Shown one piece after another: positions 9,753 through 19,938 of a DNA stretch of 64,000 nucleotides. The notes below the pieces were generated by a model, which worked only from the letters and a program-made list of their open reading frames with translations, ran no database searches and was not told where the DNA came from. The DNA comes from an uncultured Verrucomicrobiae bacterium (GTDB lineage Bacteria; Verrucomicrobiota; Verrucomicrobiia; Chthoniobacterales; UBA10450): NCBI GenBank assembly GCA_963825355.1, contig CAWGSY010000001.1, forward strand, positions 1,074 to 65,073. The letters are read 5' to 3'. How positions within the stretch are numbered: the stretch's first letter is position 1; every line of letters starts with the position of its first letter. The position numbers and the translations under genes are program-made.

Positions 9753-9841
9753 GTCATTCCGAGCGAAGTCGAGAGATCCCGTACAGTGCGCTCGATTTCG
9801 CAACAGGATCTTTCGACTTCGCTTCGCTCTGCTAAGATGAC
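9753..9841. repeat. Palindromic intergenic repeat, copy 1 (GTCATTCCGAGCGAAGTCGAG...CGACTTCGCT...GATGAC)
   Basis: Inverted arms 'gtcattccgagcgaagtcgagagatccc' and 'ggatctttcgacttcgcttcgctctgctaagatgac' lie directly after the stop at 9744. Confidence 0.85.
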
Positions 9842-9951
9842 GAAGCGGTCATCGCGAGATCGATCGGCACGCCCGGCGGTCGCGCCCTACCAATCAACCG
9901 AAACGGTTGCCTTACACGATTCATGGAATTATCGCTCCTGCGAAAATCACC

Positions 9952-10281
9952 CTAAGCCAGCGCTTCCAGCCGGCTGAGCAAATCCTTCTTGCTCGCAACG
10001 CCGACGACCTGATCGCGCAGCTGACCATTCTTGAAAAAAAGCAGCGCCGGAATCGCGCGAATGTTGTACTTGGCTGACAGACTCTGGTTGTCGTCGACGT
10101 TTACTTTCGCAATTTTGAGTGTGCCGGATTTTTCCCGTGCAATCTCGTCCAGCAGCGGCGCGATCATTTTGCACGGACCGCACCATTCCGCCCAAAAATC
10201 GACGATCATCGGTTTGTCGTCTTGCGTCAGTTCTCGGTCAAAGTTCGATTCGTTAAGTGTGATAACAGCAGAATTTTCCAT
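9952..10281 (-). CDS. trxA: Thioredoxin
   Basis: Internal ATG (10281) of ORF 9952..10776 gives a 109-aa protein with 'VDFWAEWCGPCKMIAP' (WCGPC active site). Confidence 0.92.
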   Translation of the reverse strand: MENSAVITLNESNFDRELTQDDKPMIVDFWAEWCGPCKMIAPLLDEIAREKSGTLKIAKVNVDDNQSLSAKYNIRAIPALLFFKNGQLRDQVVGVASKKDLLSRLEALA

Positions 10282-10283
10282 AG

Positions 10284-10776
10284 CTAAGAAAAATACGTCC
10301 AAATCTGAATAATCAAAATCAAAGCGGACATAGCGAGAAGCATCCAATACAGCAGCATGGAGCTTTTCTCGACCGGCGCTACGGCGATCGGTGGATTTTG
10401 TGAAACGACGCTGGGCATCGCGAATCAGCGGCTGAGTCTTTTTCTGAGACGAGCGCAACGGTTCGGGGGTCAGCGGAATGCGCACGGTCTCCTTTTTTGG
10501 TCCTGACGAAGACGGAATCGGAGGAGCAGGGACCGAAGCGGATAATGGACGCGAGACAGCCGGCGGCTGCGGCGGCGGGAAAAAATTCGTCGAAGAAATA
10601 TTGTCCGTCGCCGACTGCGAGGGAGAGAGAACAGGCGGAGCGCTGGTCTCGCGAACCGGCAACTGGATCCGAACTGTCTCGTGCGGTTTCGAATTTGCGT
10701 CCGACGGCTTCGTTACAGGCGGCTGCGGCAGCTGGATGCGAACCGTTTCTTTTTTTGGTTGGTCAGGTCCGGCCAT
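10284..10776 (-). CDS. Pro-rich protein with three (K/H)ETVRIxLP repeats and a C-terminal TM anchor; frameshift near 10410-10420
   Basis: The N-terminal part is in the frame of ORF 9952..10776 (KKETVRIQLP, HETVRIQLP, KKETVRIPLT). A +1 shift after 'KTQPLI' gives 'MPSVVSQNPPIAVAPVEKSSMLLYWMLLAMSALILIIQIWTYFS*', which stops 3 nt before the trxA start. Confidence 0.55.
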
Positions 10777-10855
10777 TGAGGGTTGGAAGAAATTGATCAG
10801 AAATTCGCCGAGTTGTCACCAGCCAATCGCCAGCTTAGGCAAAATGTGACTCGCG

Positions 10856-12318
10856 TCAGGCCAGTAAATCGTAGCCGCGGCTTCCTTTCACGGTCCGCCA
10901 AATGAACTCGCCAACAGGCGCAGGCTCCGTCAAAACGACCCGCGCATCGACATCCGGAGCATCGGCTTCGGTCCGGGCGATGTGCGGTTGATCGACGAGC
11001 AGTTTCAATTTCTGCCAATTTTTTCGCGAGCGAGAGCATGGGCGATGGATTGCTGCATCGCCATCGCTGCTCGATAGCGAGCGTTCTTTATCTTTGCGGG
11101 GACCTGCCCGGCATTCCGGCCGCGCGAGAACCTTCTTCCTGCGAGTACTTGAATATCCCAAGCCGTTCGAACCGGCTGCGGCGGATGAAATCCAGTAATG
11201 TCTCGAATTCCGCATCGGTTTCGCCGGGAAAACCGACGATGAAAGTTGTGCGCAGTGTTACGCCCGGAATTCCAGCGCGCAATTTGTGAATTAAGTCTTC
11301 AATATGCGCGCGCGATGTTTCACGGCGCATCCGGCCCAACATCGATTCGTCGATGTGCTGTAGCGGAATGTCGATGTAGCGCGCGATCTTGTCGCACTCG
11401 GCAATGGTCTCGATCAGTTCATCGCTCCAATGCGCCGGGTGCGTGTAAAGCAGGCGCACCCAAAATTCGCCTTCGACTTGTTGAATCTCCCGTAGCAGCG
11501 AAACTAACGTCGGTCCGCGAGTCGAATCCACCGGTTGCCGCGGCCCAGCTTTGGCGTCCCATAAATCCATTCCGTAGTACGTGGTGTCCTGACTGATCAA
11601 ATTGATTTCGCGCACGCCTTCGCCGACGAGCGCACGAATTTCCGCCAGGACCGATTCCGGTTTGCGGCTCCGGTGCTTGCCGCGCATTTGTGGGATCACG
11701 CAAAAACTGCATGGATGATTGCAGCCCTCGGCAATTTTCACGTAAGCGGAATGCGCGGGAGTAAGTCTGAATCGCGGTGTGTCGTAATCAGGAATGTACG
11801 TTGGGCGAGATTTCGAATGCAAAATCGAAATGCGTCGCGTGCCGGAATGACCGCCAAGGACGGATTCGCCATGTCGAACATCGACTGTCTGCTTGCATCG
11901 TCGCAACCGGGGCGTTGAGCGTCGACGTTTTCCTAAAATCCTTTCCACAATCGCTCCAAGCTCACTGACTTGATCAAGCCCAATGAACGCGTCTACCTCC
12001 GGCAATTCGTTATGCAGTTCTCTCGCAAACCGCTGCGACATGCAGCCGCTGACGATCAGTTTTTGGTCCTGGTCTTTTATTTAACCCGCGCTGCTGATGC
12101 GCTTCCAGGATCGCTTCGATCGATTCTTCCTTGGCTGAATCGATGAAGGCGCAAGTGTTAACTACGAGCACATCGGCGTCTTCTGCGCGTGACGTGATTT
12201 CCATCCCACGTTGCAAAACGCTTCCGAGCATGATCTCCGCATCGACGAGATTTTTAGCGCAGCCGAGGCTGATCATGCCGACCTTCGGTTTATGTGAAGA
12301 ATGCGTTGTGTTTGTCAT
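10856..12318 (-). CDS. rimO: Ribosomal protein S12 methylthiotransferase RimO; 3 frameshifts (about 11015, 11095, 12076)
   Basis: Three elements are present: the MTTase N-domain (12010..12318), the radical-SAM '[11 protein letters not shown]' core (11088..12041), and the TRAM C-terminus '[27 protein letters not shown]' (10856..11215). They lie in different frames, and a short middle frame '[30 protein letters not shown]' bridges two of them. Confidence 0.85.
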
Positions 12319-12440
12319 CTATTGTTCATTTCGCGCTTAAGCAGGACGTGTCAATGTTGAACGCGCAACATCCCTGATAGTTTGCACTTCGACGACCAAG
12401 AAGTTGATGCGATTCTGCGTTCGGCGAATGCATAGTTACT

Positions 12441-13390
12441 CTAATTGACCGTCACGTCCTGATCGTTTTGTGCCAATGCCTGTCCGTTCTTGGTGATCTT
12501 AACGGCTTCAGGATCGAGGACCCGAATCGCCACGTGCTTACCGCGAAATTCAACCGGACCATCAGTCGGAGAGACCCATCGTTCGAACGCTGCTTTTGCC
12601 TCATCGCCGAGCGTTACCCTCACGTAAGTTCGTTTCAGTGGCTGGATGGCGACTCGATTTTGTTCGGCTGATTCCGGTGGTGGCGAATCGGTTGCTGCGC
12701 CGGCTTCAGACAATTCTTCTTTAGTGACGGGCTTCGCCTTACGCACTTCCGGCTCACCCGGTGCTGTGGAATCAGCAGCCAAGGCCTTGCGCGTCTCCGG
12801 CGGTCGCTCTGTGTCGGAACAGGCGAAGCGACCGGCGCACTCGTAGCGACAGCCGCAATGTTTGGAGCTGCTGTCGGGCTCAACCCGCCTGAGGCAACCG
12901 CCGGCGTTGCAGTTGCCGACGTTTGCGCGGTCGAGCTTCCTCGCGCAGGCGCAAGCCTCTGCACATTGAGAAAAAACTTCATGCCAAGAAAGCCGAGCAC
13001 TAAAACGGCTATCCCGACAATGAGCGGCATTGGCGAAACGCGATTGCTGCCGCCGGTTCCACGGGTAGCAGCGGGACGGCGCCGAACCACAGGCGCGGAG
13101 ACCGGTTTTGCGCGCTCATTTTCCTGGAGGTAGGAGTAGCCGTCCACGGTCACGCTCTCGGGATCCTCAAACGCATCCAGGTAAGGCGTGACGTCGACAT
13201 CCAGGAATTTCCCGTAAATAAGCAGGAAACCCTTCGCGTACGCGAGGCTCGGGAATTGCGAAAAATCGTCCGCCTCAATTTCCGCCAGCCGCTGCGGGCG
13301 AATTTTGGTCATGCGCGCGGCTTCATCGAGCGTGAGCTTTCTCGCTACGCGTGCTTCCTGAAATTTTTTACCAAGCCCCTCTATTGTCAT
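12441..13390 (-). CDS. RodZ-like cytoskeletal protein (HTH + TM + DUF4115); frameshift near 12785-12830
   Basis: The N-terminal XRE-type HTH 'LTLDEAARMTKIRPQRLAEIE' and the TM 'MPLIVGIAVLVLGFLGMKFF' are in 12635..13390. The DUF4115-like C-terminus 'YVRVTLGDEAKAAFERWVSP...VAIRVLDPEAVKITKNG' is in 12441..12782. Confidence 0.7.
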
Positions 13391-13405
13391 GAATGAAAAA
13401 GCCGG

Positions 13406-15900
13406 CTAAACGGCAGCATCGAGATCGACCAGGATCTCACGTGGTTTGGCGCCCTCGCCGGGACCCAAAATACCGCGCTGCTCCAGAATATCAACGATCC
13501 GCGCCGCACGCGTGTAACCGAGTCGCAACCTGCGTTGGAGCAGCGAAGTGGACGCGCGTTTTTCCTGCCGGATAATCTCGATGCACTTTTCGACCAACTC
13601 TTCGTCTTCGGCCGTCACTTCCTCCTCTGGCGCGCTAGTGGATTGGAGCTTCTCATGCATCGCCGTATCAAACGCAGGCGGGCTTTGTTTCGAAACAAAT
13701 TCAACGACCGCATGAATCTCGTTATCAGTGACGAGCACGCCTTGCGCACGGATGAGTCGTGAAGCGCTCGGCGGCAGATAAAGCATGTCGCCCTGGCCGA
13801 GCAAACGGTCGGCGCCGTTCTCATCAAGAATGACGCGGCTGTCGATCTTGCTCGCGACCTGGAATGCAATACGACTGGGAATATTCGCTTTGATAACGCC
13901 TGTGATCACGTCCGCGCGCGGTGTTTGCGTTGCGACGATCACATGCATGCCGGCGGCACGTGCCATTTGCGTGATGCGCGCGATCGCGTTCTCTACATCC
14001 GCGGGCGCGGTTTGCATCAGAGTCTGCCAGCTCGTCGATGATGACGACCACATACGGAATTCTGTCGGGAACTTGCTCCTCGTCTTCGCGCGGCACTTTG
14101 ATTGGCGTGGCATCCGCTGTCTCAGCGGACCTGCGCGCCCGATCCGGTGAGACACCGGACTCTACAGCTTCAGCATCGAGTTCTTTTTGTGTTTTCTTCT
14201 TCGGCCGCGCATTGAACCCGACAATGTTCCGAACGCCTACGCGGGCAAACATTTTATAGCGGCGTTCCATCTCGTCGATAAGCCATCGCAACGCCAACAG
14301 CACCTTCTTTGGATCGGTTACGATTGGGAACGCCAGATGCGGCAATGATTGATATCCCTGCATCTCCACCATTTTTGGATCGATGATGACGAGACGCATC
14401 TCTTCCGGCGTGAAGCGAAAAAGCATGCTGGCGATCAGTGCATTGATACAAACGCTCTTTCCGCTGCCAGTCGTCCCGGCGACAAGCAGATGCGGCATCT
14501 GCGCCAGGTCGGCAATAATTGTCTTGCCATAAACGTCCTTGCCGAGTGCCAGCGGAATTTTTGCGTGTTCCTTCGCTGAGTCCCAATCGGTCGATTGAAA
14601 AAGCTCGCGCAATTTCACCGTTACCTTGCGGGTATTGGCAAGCTCGATTCCAACGGTGTCTTTGCCGGGAATAGGCGCGAGAATGTTGATTCGTTCGGCG
14701 CTCGTCGCTCGTGCGAGGTCGCGCTCAAGGCTCACAATCTTGTCCACACGCACACCTTTAGCTGGATAAACTTCGTAGCGCGTGATGGTGGGACCCTTGG
14801 TGATGTCGCCCGGAGCAACGGCAATCCCAAATTGCGCCAATGTTTCAATCAGAACTTTGTTGGACCTCTTGCAGCTCAGAAGGATCGGTGGCCGTGCGCG
14901 CTTCGAGACTGTGTTCCTCGAGCAGATCAATGCCGGGCAAGACGTAATTTTCCCAGCTCGAAGTGGCTGTTGTCGGACTTGGGGCCGCTTTCGATCTTTC
15001 TTCACTTGCGCGCAACTCCGCAAGAGAAGGTCTGCGCCGACTTACTGCCGGCTGAGTCGACTGCACGTTCGTATCGACCACTTTCGGCGCGGGGCGGTTC
15101 GCCAGTTCCTCCGGCAAAAACATCGTCGGAACGGCTTCAGGTACCGGAACACCTTTCTTTTTAAGTTGCTTCTGTAGCGCCTCGAGCGCTCGCTGTTGCT
15201 TTTGCGTCTTGAGTTGTTCCGTGAGATCCGACTTCCGAATTCTCCGGCGCACTCGCCATTCGGCCTGCTTCGCCACGCTCCGGCGCGTAAGGTTGACCAT
15301 CTCGCGAACAAGATGAATCGGGCGTAAACCCGTAACCAAAATCAGCGTGGTCAAATAAACTGCGACGAGGAGAAGAACCGAACCGACCGGGCCGAGTGCG
15401 GCAGGAAGCAGGCCGCGATGTTCGTCGGACAAGCGATACCCAATGAGGCCGCCCGGCCCTTGAATGTCGACCGGTACTGTCCTCCCAAGCAAATGTGTGA
15501 TTCCCCAGGCTTGGTCGAGGCAAGCACCAGAGATGAGAAACAAAATGATCCATGGGATTCTGGGCACGAAACGCAATCGAGGATAAAACAATTTCGCCGC
15601 GCCGAATCCGAGCAGAACCGCTGCCAGTAAAAGCGAAGCGAAGACGCCGATTAACTGGTAGCAAATTCCTGCAATGATCGCTCCAAGCGGCCCGATGAAA
15701 TTTTGCGCAGGGTGATTCGCCGGTGAAACGTGACTAAACCAGAGCCACGACGGTATATCGTTCGGCGTATAAGAGATCAGCGCGAAAAACAGTAGAGTGC
15801 CGGCAAAAAGCAGAACGAGAGCGAACACTTCGTTCCATGCGCTGAGTCTTTCTGTGCGGCCCACCGCGGCTGATAGTAACGCCATGCAGACGTCTTTCAA
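13406..15900 (-). CDS. ftsK: DNA translocase FtsK; 2 frameshifts (about 14022 and 14860)
   Basis: The N-terminal TM domain is in 14845..15900. The motor with Walker A 'AGTTGSGKSVCINA' is in 13824..15023. 'MQTAPADVENAIARITQMARAAGMHVIVATQ' and the gamma domain 'LLQRRLRLGYTRAARIVDILEQRGILG' are in 13406..14155. Confidence 0.9.
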
Positions 15901-16055
15901 TCACAACTCTTCCTCTGCCTCCGCCTCTTACTCCTACTCTGCTCGTGCTCGTGATCGTGATCGAACGATTCGGCGCGCGCCCGACGGTCACGCCCTACCG
16001 CCGCGCTTTCATCCTTGCACATGCCAGCGGAGACTGATAACTGTGCCAGCGCATT

Positions 16056-16253
16056 ATGGCTTCTTTCGTTCGCCGAGGCGTCGTCGCTCTTTCGCTTTGT
16101 CTCTTTCTGTTTTCTACATCTTGCGAAAAGCATCCGGTCGGGCAGATGCCGGAAGTTCAGAGGGAACAACTCGACCCAGCCAAGGTCTGGTCGAATGCCG
16201 CAGAAAATTCTGAAGGACATTCGACTTCAGGAACGCCGGCCGAAGGTCGTTAG
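16056..16253 (+). CDS. Small putative lipoprotein
   Basis: MASFVRRGVVALSLCLFLFSTSC (signal plus Cys) lies 15 nt upstream of the POT transporter. Confidence 0.4.
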   Translation: MASFVRRGVVALSLCLFLFSTSCEKHPVGQMPEVQREQLDPAKVWSNAAENSEGHSTSGTPAEGR

Positions 16254-16267
16254 GCAAAAAAGATCGC

Positions 16268-17692
16268 ATGGCTAGCCACAAATACATGAGGTCCCCTCCG
16301 AACCTGACCGGGATGCCGCCGGGGGTCCCCTACATCATCGGCAACGAAGCGGCTGAGCGTTTCTCTTACTACGGCATGAAATCGGTCCTGACCGTTTTCA
16401 TGGCGCATTTCATCCTGAACCAGTCGGGTCTGCTGGCGCCGATGCAGGAGAACGAGGCGTACATGTACACGCATTATTTCGTGTTCGGCGTCTATTTCCT
16501 TCCAATTCTCGGCGCGATTTTGGCCGACGGTTGGCTCGGCAAATATTGGACGATTCTGTCGCTTTCGATCGTTTACTGCCTGGGCAACCTCACGCTTGCG
16601 TGCATGGCCTCGTCATGGGGAATCGCGATAGGTCAACGCACCATGCTAGCGATCGGGCTGTTCCTGATTTGTTTAGGCGCAGGTGGCATTAAGCCATGTG
16701 TATCTGCGAACGTAGGCGATCAGTTCGGTGAATCGAACAGGCATCTGCTCTCGAAAATGTTTGGCTGGTTCTATTTCTCCATTAACGCCGGCTCCTTCAT
16801 TTCTTCGCTTCTTTGTCCGTGGCTCCTTGCGAATCCGAAGTGGGGGCCGGGTTGGGCATTTGGAATTCCCGGCATAGCGATGGTCATCGCTACTTTGTTC
16901 TTCTGGGGCGGTCGCAAGAAAATGGTCCATGTGCCGGCCGCCGGCCTCAGTTATTTGAAAGAAACATTCAGCAAGGAAGGTCTTCTTACGCTTGGCCGGA
17001 TCGCGATGGTTTACGTTTTCATTTTGGTTTTCTGGGCGCTTTGGGGAATGAGCAACGGCGCTGAATGGACGTTGCAGGCCGAGAAAATGAACCTGCATTG
17101 GATGGGCATGGACTTGATCGCTGCCCAGGTGCAAACCGCAAACCCAATTCTCATTTTGATTTTCATTCCGATCGTGAACTACGTGATCTATCCAGCGATC
17201 GACAAAGTTTTCCGACTCACGCCGCTCCGCAAAATTGGGATCGGCCTTTATATCACGGCGTTGTCGTTCGTCGTGATTGTTTGGATCCAGGGACAGATCG
17301 ACGCGGGAATGAAGCCGAGTATTAATTGGCAATTGCTCGCCTACGTCATCCTCACGCTTGGTGAAGCGATGGTTTCGATCACCGGACTGGAATTTTCCTA
17401 CACCCAGGCGCCGAACTCGATGAAGAGCTCGGTGATGGCATTGTGGCTTTTGACTGTTGCTTCAGGCGAACTTTTCGTCGGTCTCGTCAATAAATGGATT
17501 TTGCACGCAGGTGGCGCTCAAAAGGTCAGTGCTTATCAGTACTTTACCTTTTTTACTTGGTTGATGTTTGGAGCCGCTGTCGTTTTCACAATCGTGGCTT
17601 GCTTTTACAAGGGGCGCACTTACCTGCAATCACAGCTCACGCCCGATGAAATCGCCACGGAGCCGATTCTTCACGGCGGCACGCCGAGCTGA
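16268..17692 (+). CDS. Proton-dependent oligopeptide transporter (POT/PTR2 family, MFS)
   Basis: 'GNEAAERFSYYGMKSVLTVFM' is the PTR2 signature region, followed by multiple TM segments over 474 aa. Confidence 0.88.
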   Translation: MASHKYMRSPPNLTGMPPGVPYIIGNEAAERFSYYGMKSVLTVFMAHFILNQSGLLAPMQENEAYMYTHYFVFGVYFLPILGAILADGWLGKYWTILSLSIVYCLGNLTLACMASSWGIAIGQRTMLAIGLFLICLGAGGIKPCVSANVGDQFGESNRHLLSKMFGWFYFSINAGSFISSLLCPWLLANPKWGPGWAFGIPGIAMVIATLFFWGGRKKMVHVPAAGLSYLKETFSKEGLLTLGRIAMVYVFILVFWALWGMSNGAEWTLQAEKMNLHWMGMDLIAAQVQTANPILILIFIPIVNYVIYPAIDKVFRLTPLRKIGIGLYITALSFVVIVWIQGQIDAGMKPSINWQLLAYVILTLGEAMVSITGLEFSYTQAPNSMKSSVMALWLLTVASGELFVGLVNKWILHAGGAQKVSAYQYFTFFTWLMFGAAVVFTIVACFYKGRTYLQSQLTPDEIATEPILHGGTPS

Positions 17693-18060
17693 CGTCGAAT
17701 GAAAATTGTCATCGCGGCAGCGGTCGCTTTACGTTGTCGATTTCAAACACATTCGCGACTTCGCAAGACGACTCATTTGAAAGATTTACTTCACAGTTGA
17801 AAAACCTTCAGTTCACGAACTATCAATCAGTTACTCGAACGTTCCGGAACTTTATGGCAGCGAAGTTACTTTGATCGACTTGTACGAGATCAGAAACATT
17901 TTCGAAATTGTGTTCGATACATCCGCCGAAATCCGGAGAAAGCACGACTCCGGCCTGGCGAATACGTTCTCTACGAGAGCGATGCAGCGACGCGGATCGA
18001 GTGACCAAGGAACGACGGCTTCCCAGCCGTCGAAGTTAGCCCATGACGGCTTGGAAGCCG

Positions 18061-19335
18061 TCACTCCTTGGATTTAACTCGACGCTTTTTGGCGCCTTTC
18101 CGTTTGCGTGGTGGTGCCGCAGCTGGCTTTCTTGCAGCCGACATCCGCACAAGCTCATCGAGATTAAACGTGCGGCGACGTTTGGTTCCCACTTCTCGAA
18201 ATTCGATCTCATACCAGCCGTTCATCCGATCTACCCGATAGCGCTTCTGTCCAATACGCATCGGCTCGCGCGCGATGACGCGATGGATGACCTTTTCGTA
18301 TTTGGACCGTGGCCAGCGTCGCATCCGGCGACGACCCCAATCAATTCCATGCCCGACGTCATCATAAGCCTCGGGGCGCTTCTCGAAGTCGAGAAGTGAG
18401 CGCGCATCTCCGGCGAAAACCGCGGCGATGTGTTCCAGTGTGCTCGCGTCACCGATCTGTTGAATTCGCTGGCGAAACGGCCGCAAAGTCTCAGCCGCAA
18501 TCGCACGCAGACTGAGCGTACGTCCGTCACGCAGTTTCCAAAGGGTCTCGTTGATATCAGATGTGAATGGATTTTTGCCTAACGAATCAGCGGTGACTCG
18601 CCAACCACGCCGCGATGAATGTTTTCGCAAATGAAATCGCGCGATGCGAGGGAGTCCGTGTCGCCCCAATTGTCTCAGGCCAAAATCTTCCCAGCTGAGT
18701 ACGGTTCCCATGGCGCCCGCGATGAATGCAGTCGTCGCCAGCATCAACGCGGGATCCGGAGTGAAATCAACTGTGACCTCAACCCGATTTCCGCGCGGGC
18801 GCACGCCGACTGCGCTGCTTTGCCGGTTTGTTGCCAACAACATCACCGGCACCGGCAGGATGTGCGCAAGCAGATACGCAAGCGTCCTGGCATTTCGAAG
18901 CTTTGATTTCCGCGCCGTTGGAAACGAAAAATTATAATGTGTGCTAAAGCCCTGAAGCGTGCACTGACATTTGTGCCGCCTAGCCCAGTGATCCAGCTCC
19001 TTTCGCAGATATCGGATCTGCTCCCACAACAAACGCGTCGCGCGATAACAACAGCCCGGCTCGAATTCAATAATGGGTGTGGCGACTTCGATCACGCCGG
19101 TGTCGAAATAAATTGCGCCGCCCGCGGGCAATTGAAACGATTTGCCGGTGCGCGGAATCATTCGCCGTCGCACCAGCCGACTGGGATCACCAAAAACCTT
19201 TTCCGGACGCCGTCTGCGTCCATTAACGAAAAGATTAAATTCCGCTTCCAACCCGATCACAGCTCGCGGCGGCGTTGCCCCAAGCGTGCGAAGGCGAAGA
19301 CGATGCGCGTCGCGTTCTGTTCGGCGGTCCTTCAT
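18061..19335 (-). CDS. Divergent glutamine-synthetase-fold carboxylate-amine ligase-like protein (PafA/Dop- or GCS2-like) with a basic C-terminal tail
   Basis: Motifs occur in canonical order: 'IGLEAEFNLF', 'GGAIYFDTGVIEVATP', 'GFSTHYNFS'. Tail is 'PPRKRKGAKKRRVKSKE'. The family assignment is inference from motif memory only. Confidence 0.45.
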   Translation of the reverse strand: MKDRRTERDAHRLRLRTLGATPPRAVIGLEAEFNLFVNGRRRRPEKVFGDPSRLVRRRMIPRTGKSFQLPAGGAIYFDTGVIEVATPIIEFEPGCCYRATRLLWEQIRYLRKELDHWARRHKCQCTLQGFSTHYNFSFPTARKSKLRNARTLAYLLAHILPVPVMLLATNRQSSAVGVRPRGNRVEVTVDFTPDPALMLATTAFIAGAMGTVLSWEDFGLRQLGRHGLPRIARFHLRKHSSRRGWRVTADSLGKNPFTSDINETLWKLRDGRTLSLRAIAAETLRPFRQRIQQIGDASTLEHIAAVFAGDARSLLDFEKRPEAYDDVGHGIDWGRRRMRRWPRSKYEKVIHRVIAREPMRIGQKRYRVDRMNGWYEIEFREVGTKRRRTFNLDELVRMSAARKPAAAPPRKRKGAKKRRVKSKE

Positions 19336-19350
19336 CTGCTCAACGCGAGA

Positions 19351-19860
19351 CTAACTCGCTTCGCTGCATTCGCGCGGAGTTAACCTCACGTATCCTAAAT
19401 CGATGTGGAGGTGGTCGCTGGTCTGTCCTTTTTCACGTCCGAATGGCCGAACAAAAACAGCCGGACCTAACGATGCGGCGATCGTCCGATATTTCTCCAT
19501 CGATTTGGTGTCGGACAGGAAAGTATCGCCAATCCGGTAGATATTTGCCGCCGTACCCCACGCATGAATGCTTTTTGCGGCACCAACCTGATGCGCAGGC
19601 GACCGGTACCCGCCATTCGCACTAATGAATACCGGTGCGTCAACTTCGCGCCGGAACGCCTCCAGGAATCTGGCAAGCAAAACGATTGCACAGGGTACAT
19701 AATGAGGGAACTGGCTTAGGAGAAGCCTCGCTTCGCGACAATCGACGAGCATCAATTCCGCGAGCGTGAAGTGCGGTGCCAGGCGAATTTCGCGCGCTTC
19801 CTCCCAAGCTGCCAATTTCGTAGAAGAAACGCGGCAACCGATGAACCGTGCCGTCGGCAC
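19351..19860 (-). CDS. Peptidase M15 (LAS, D-Ala-D-Ala carboxypeptidase-like) homolog with Asp->Asn in the metal motif
   Basis: 'ISANGGYRSPAHQVGAAKSIHAWGTAANI' follows SGYR...SxHxxGxAx[D->N], and 'DHLHIDLG' supplies HxH. The gene lies 15 nt downstream of the ligase-like gene start region (same strand). Confidence 0.6.
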   Translation of the reverse strand: MPTARFIGCRVSSTKLAAWEEAREIRLAPHFTLAELMLVDCREARLLLSQFPHYVPCAIVLLARFLEAFRREVDAPVFISANGGYRSPAHQVGAAKSIHAWGTAANIYRIGDTFLSDTKSMEKYRTIAASLGPAVFVRPFGREKGQTSDHLHIDLGYVRLTPRECSEAS

Positions 19861-19938
19861 CGGCCTCGCTTTCGCCCGGTCGCAACAGCGTGCGATACTC
19901 TTCAGGCGAGATCTAAACCATCAACGGGCCGCAGAAAC

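Noticed and set aside
15900-15990. Low-complexity 'ctcgtgctcgtgatcgtgatcg' tract upstream of ftsK, and the similar 'tcgattttcgattctcaat' tract at 47000-47040 upstream of secDF
   Set aside because: These are short imperfect dinucleotide- or hexanucleotide-like tracts. No repeat structure or known regulatory motif could be supported.
17693-18062. ORFs 17823..18008(-), 17852..18064(-) and 17871..18077(+), plus two palindromes gacggcttcccagccgtc (18014-18031) and gacggcttggaagccgtc (18045-18062)
   Set aside because: The ORFs have no motifs and overlap each other. The hairpins lie at the 3' end of the ligase-like gene but lack a U-tract, so no terminator or gene is called.
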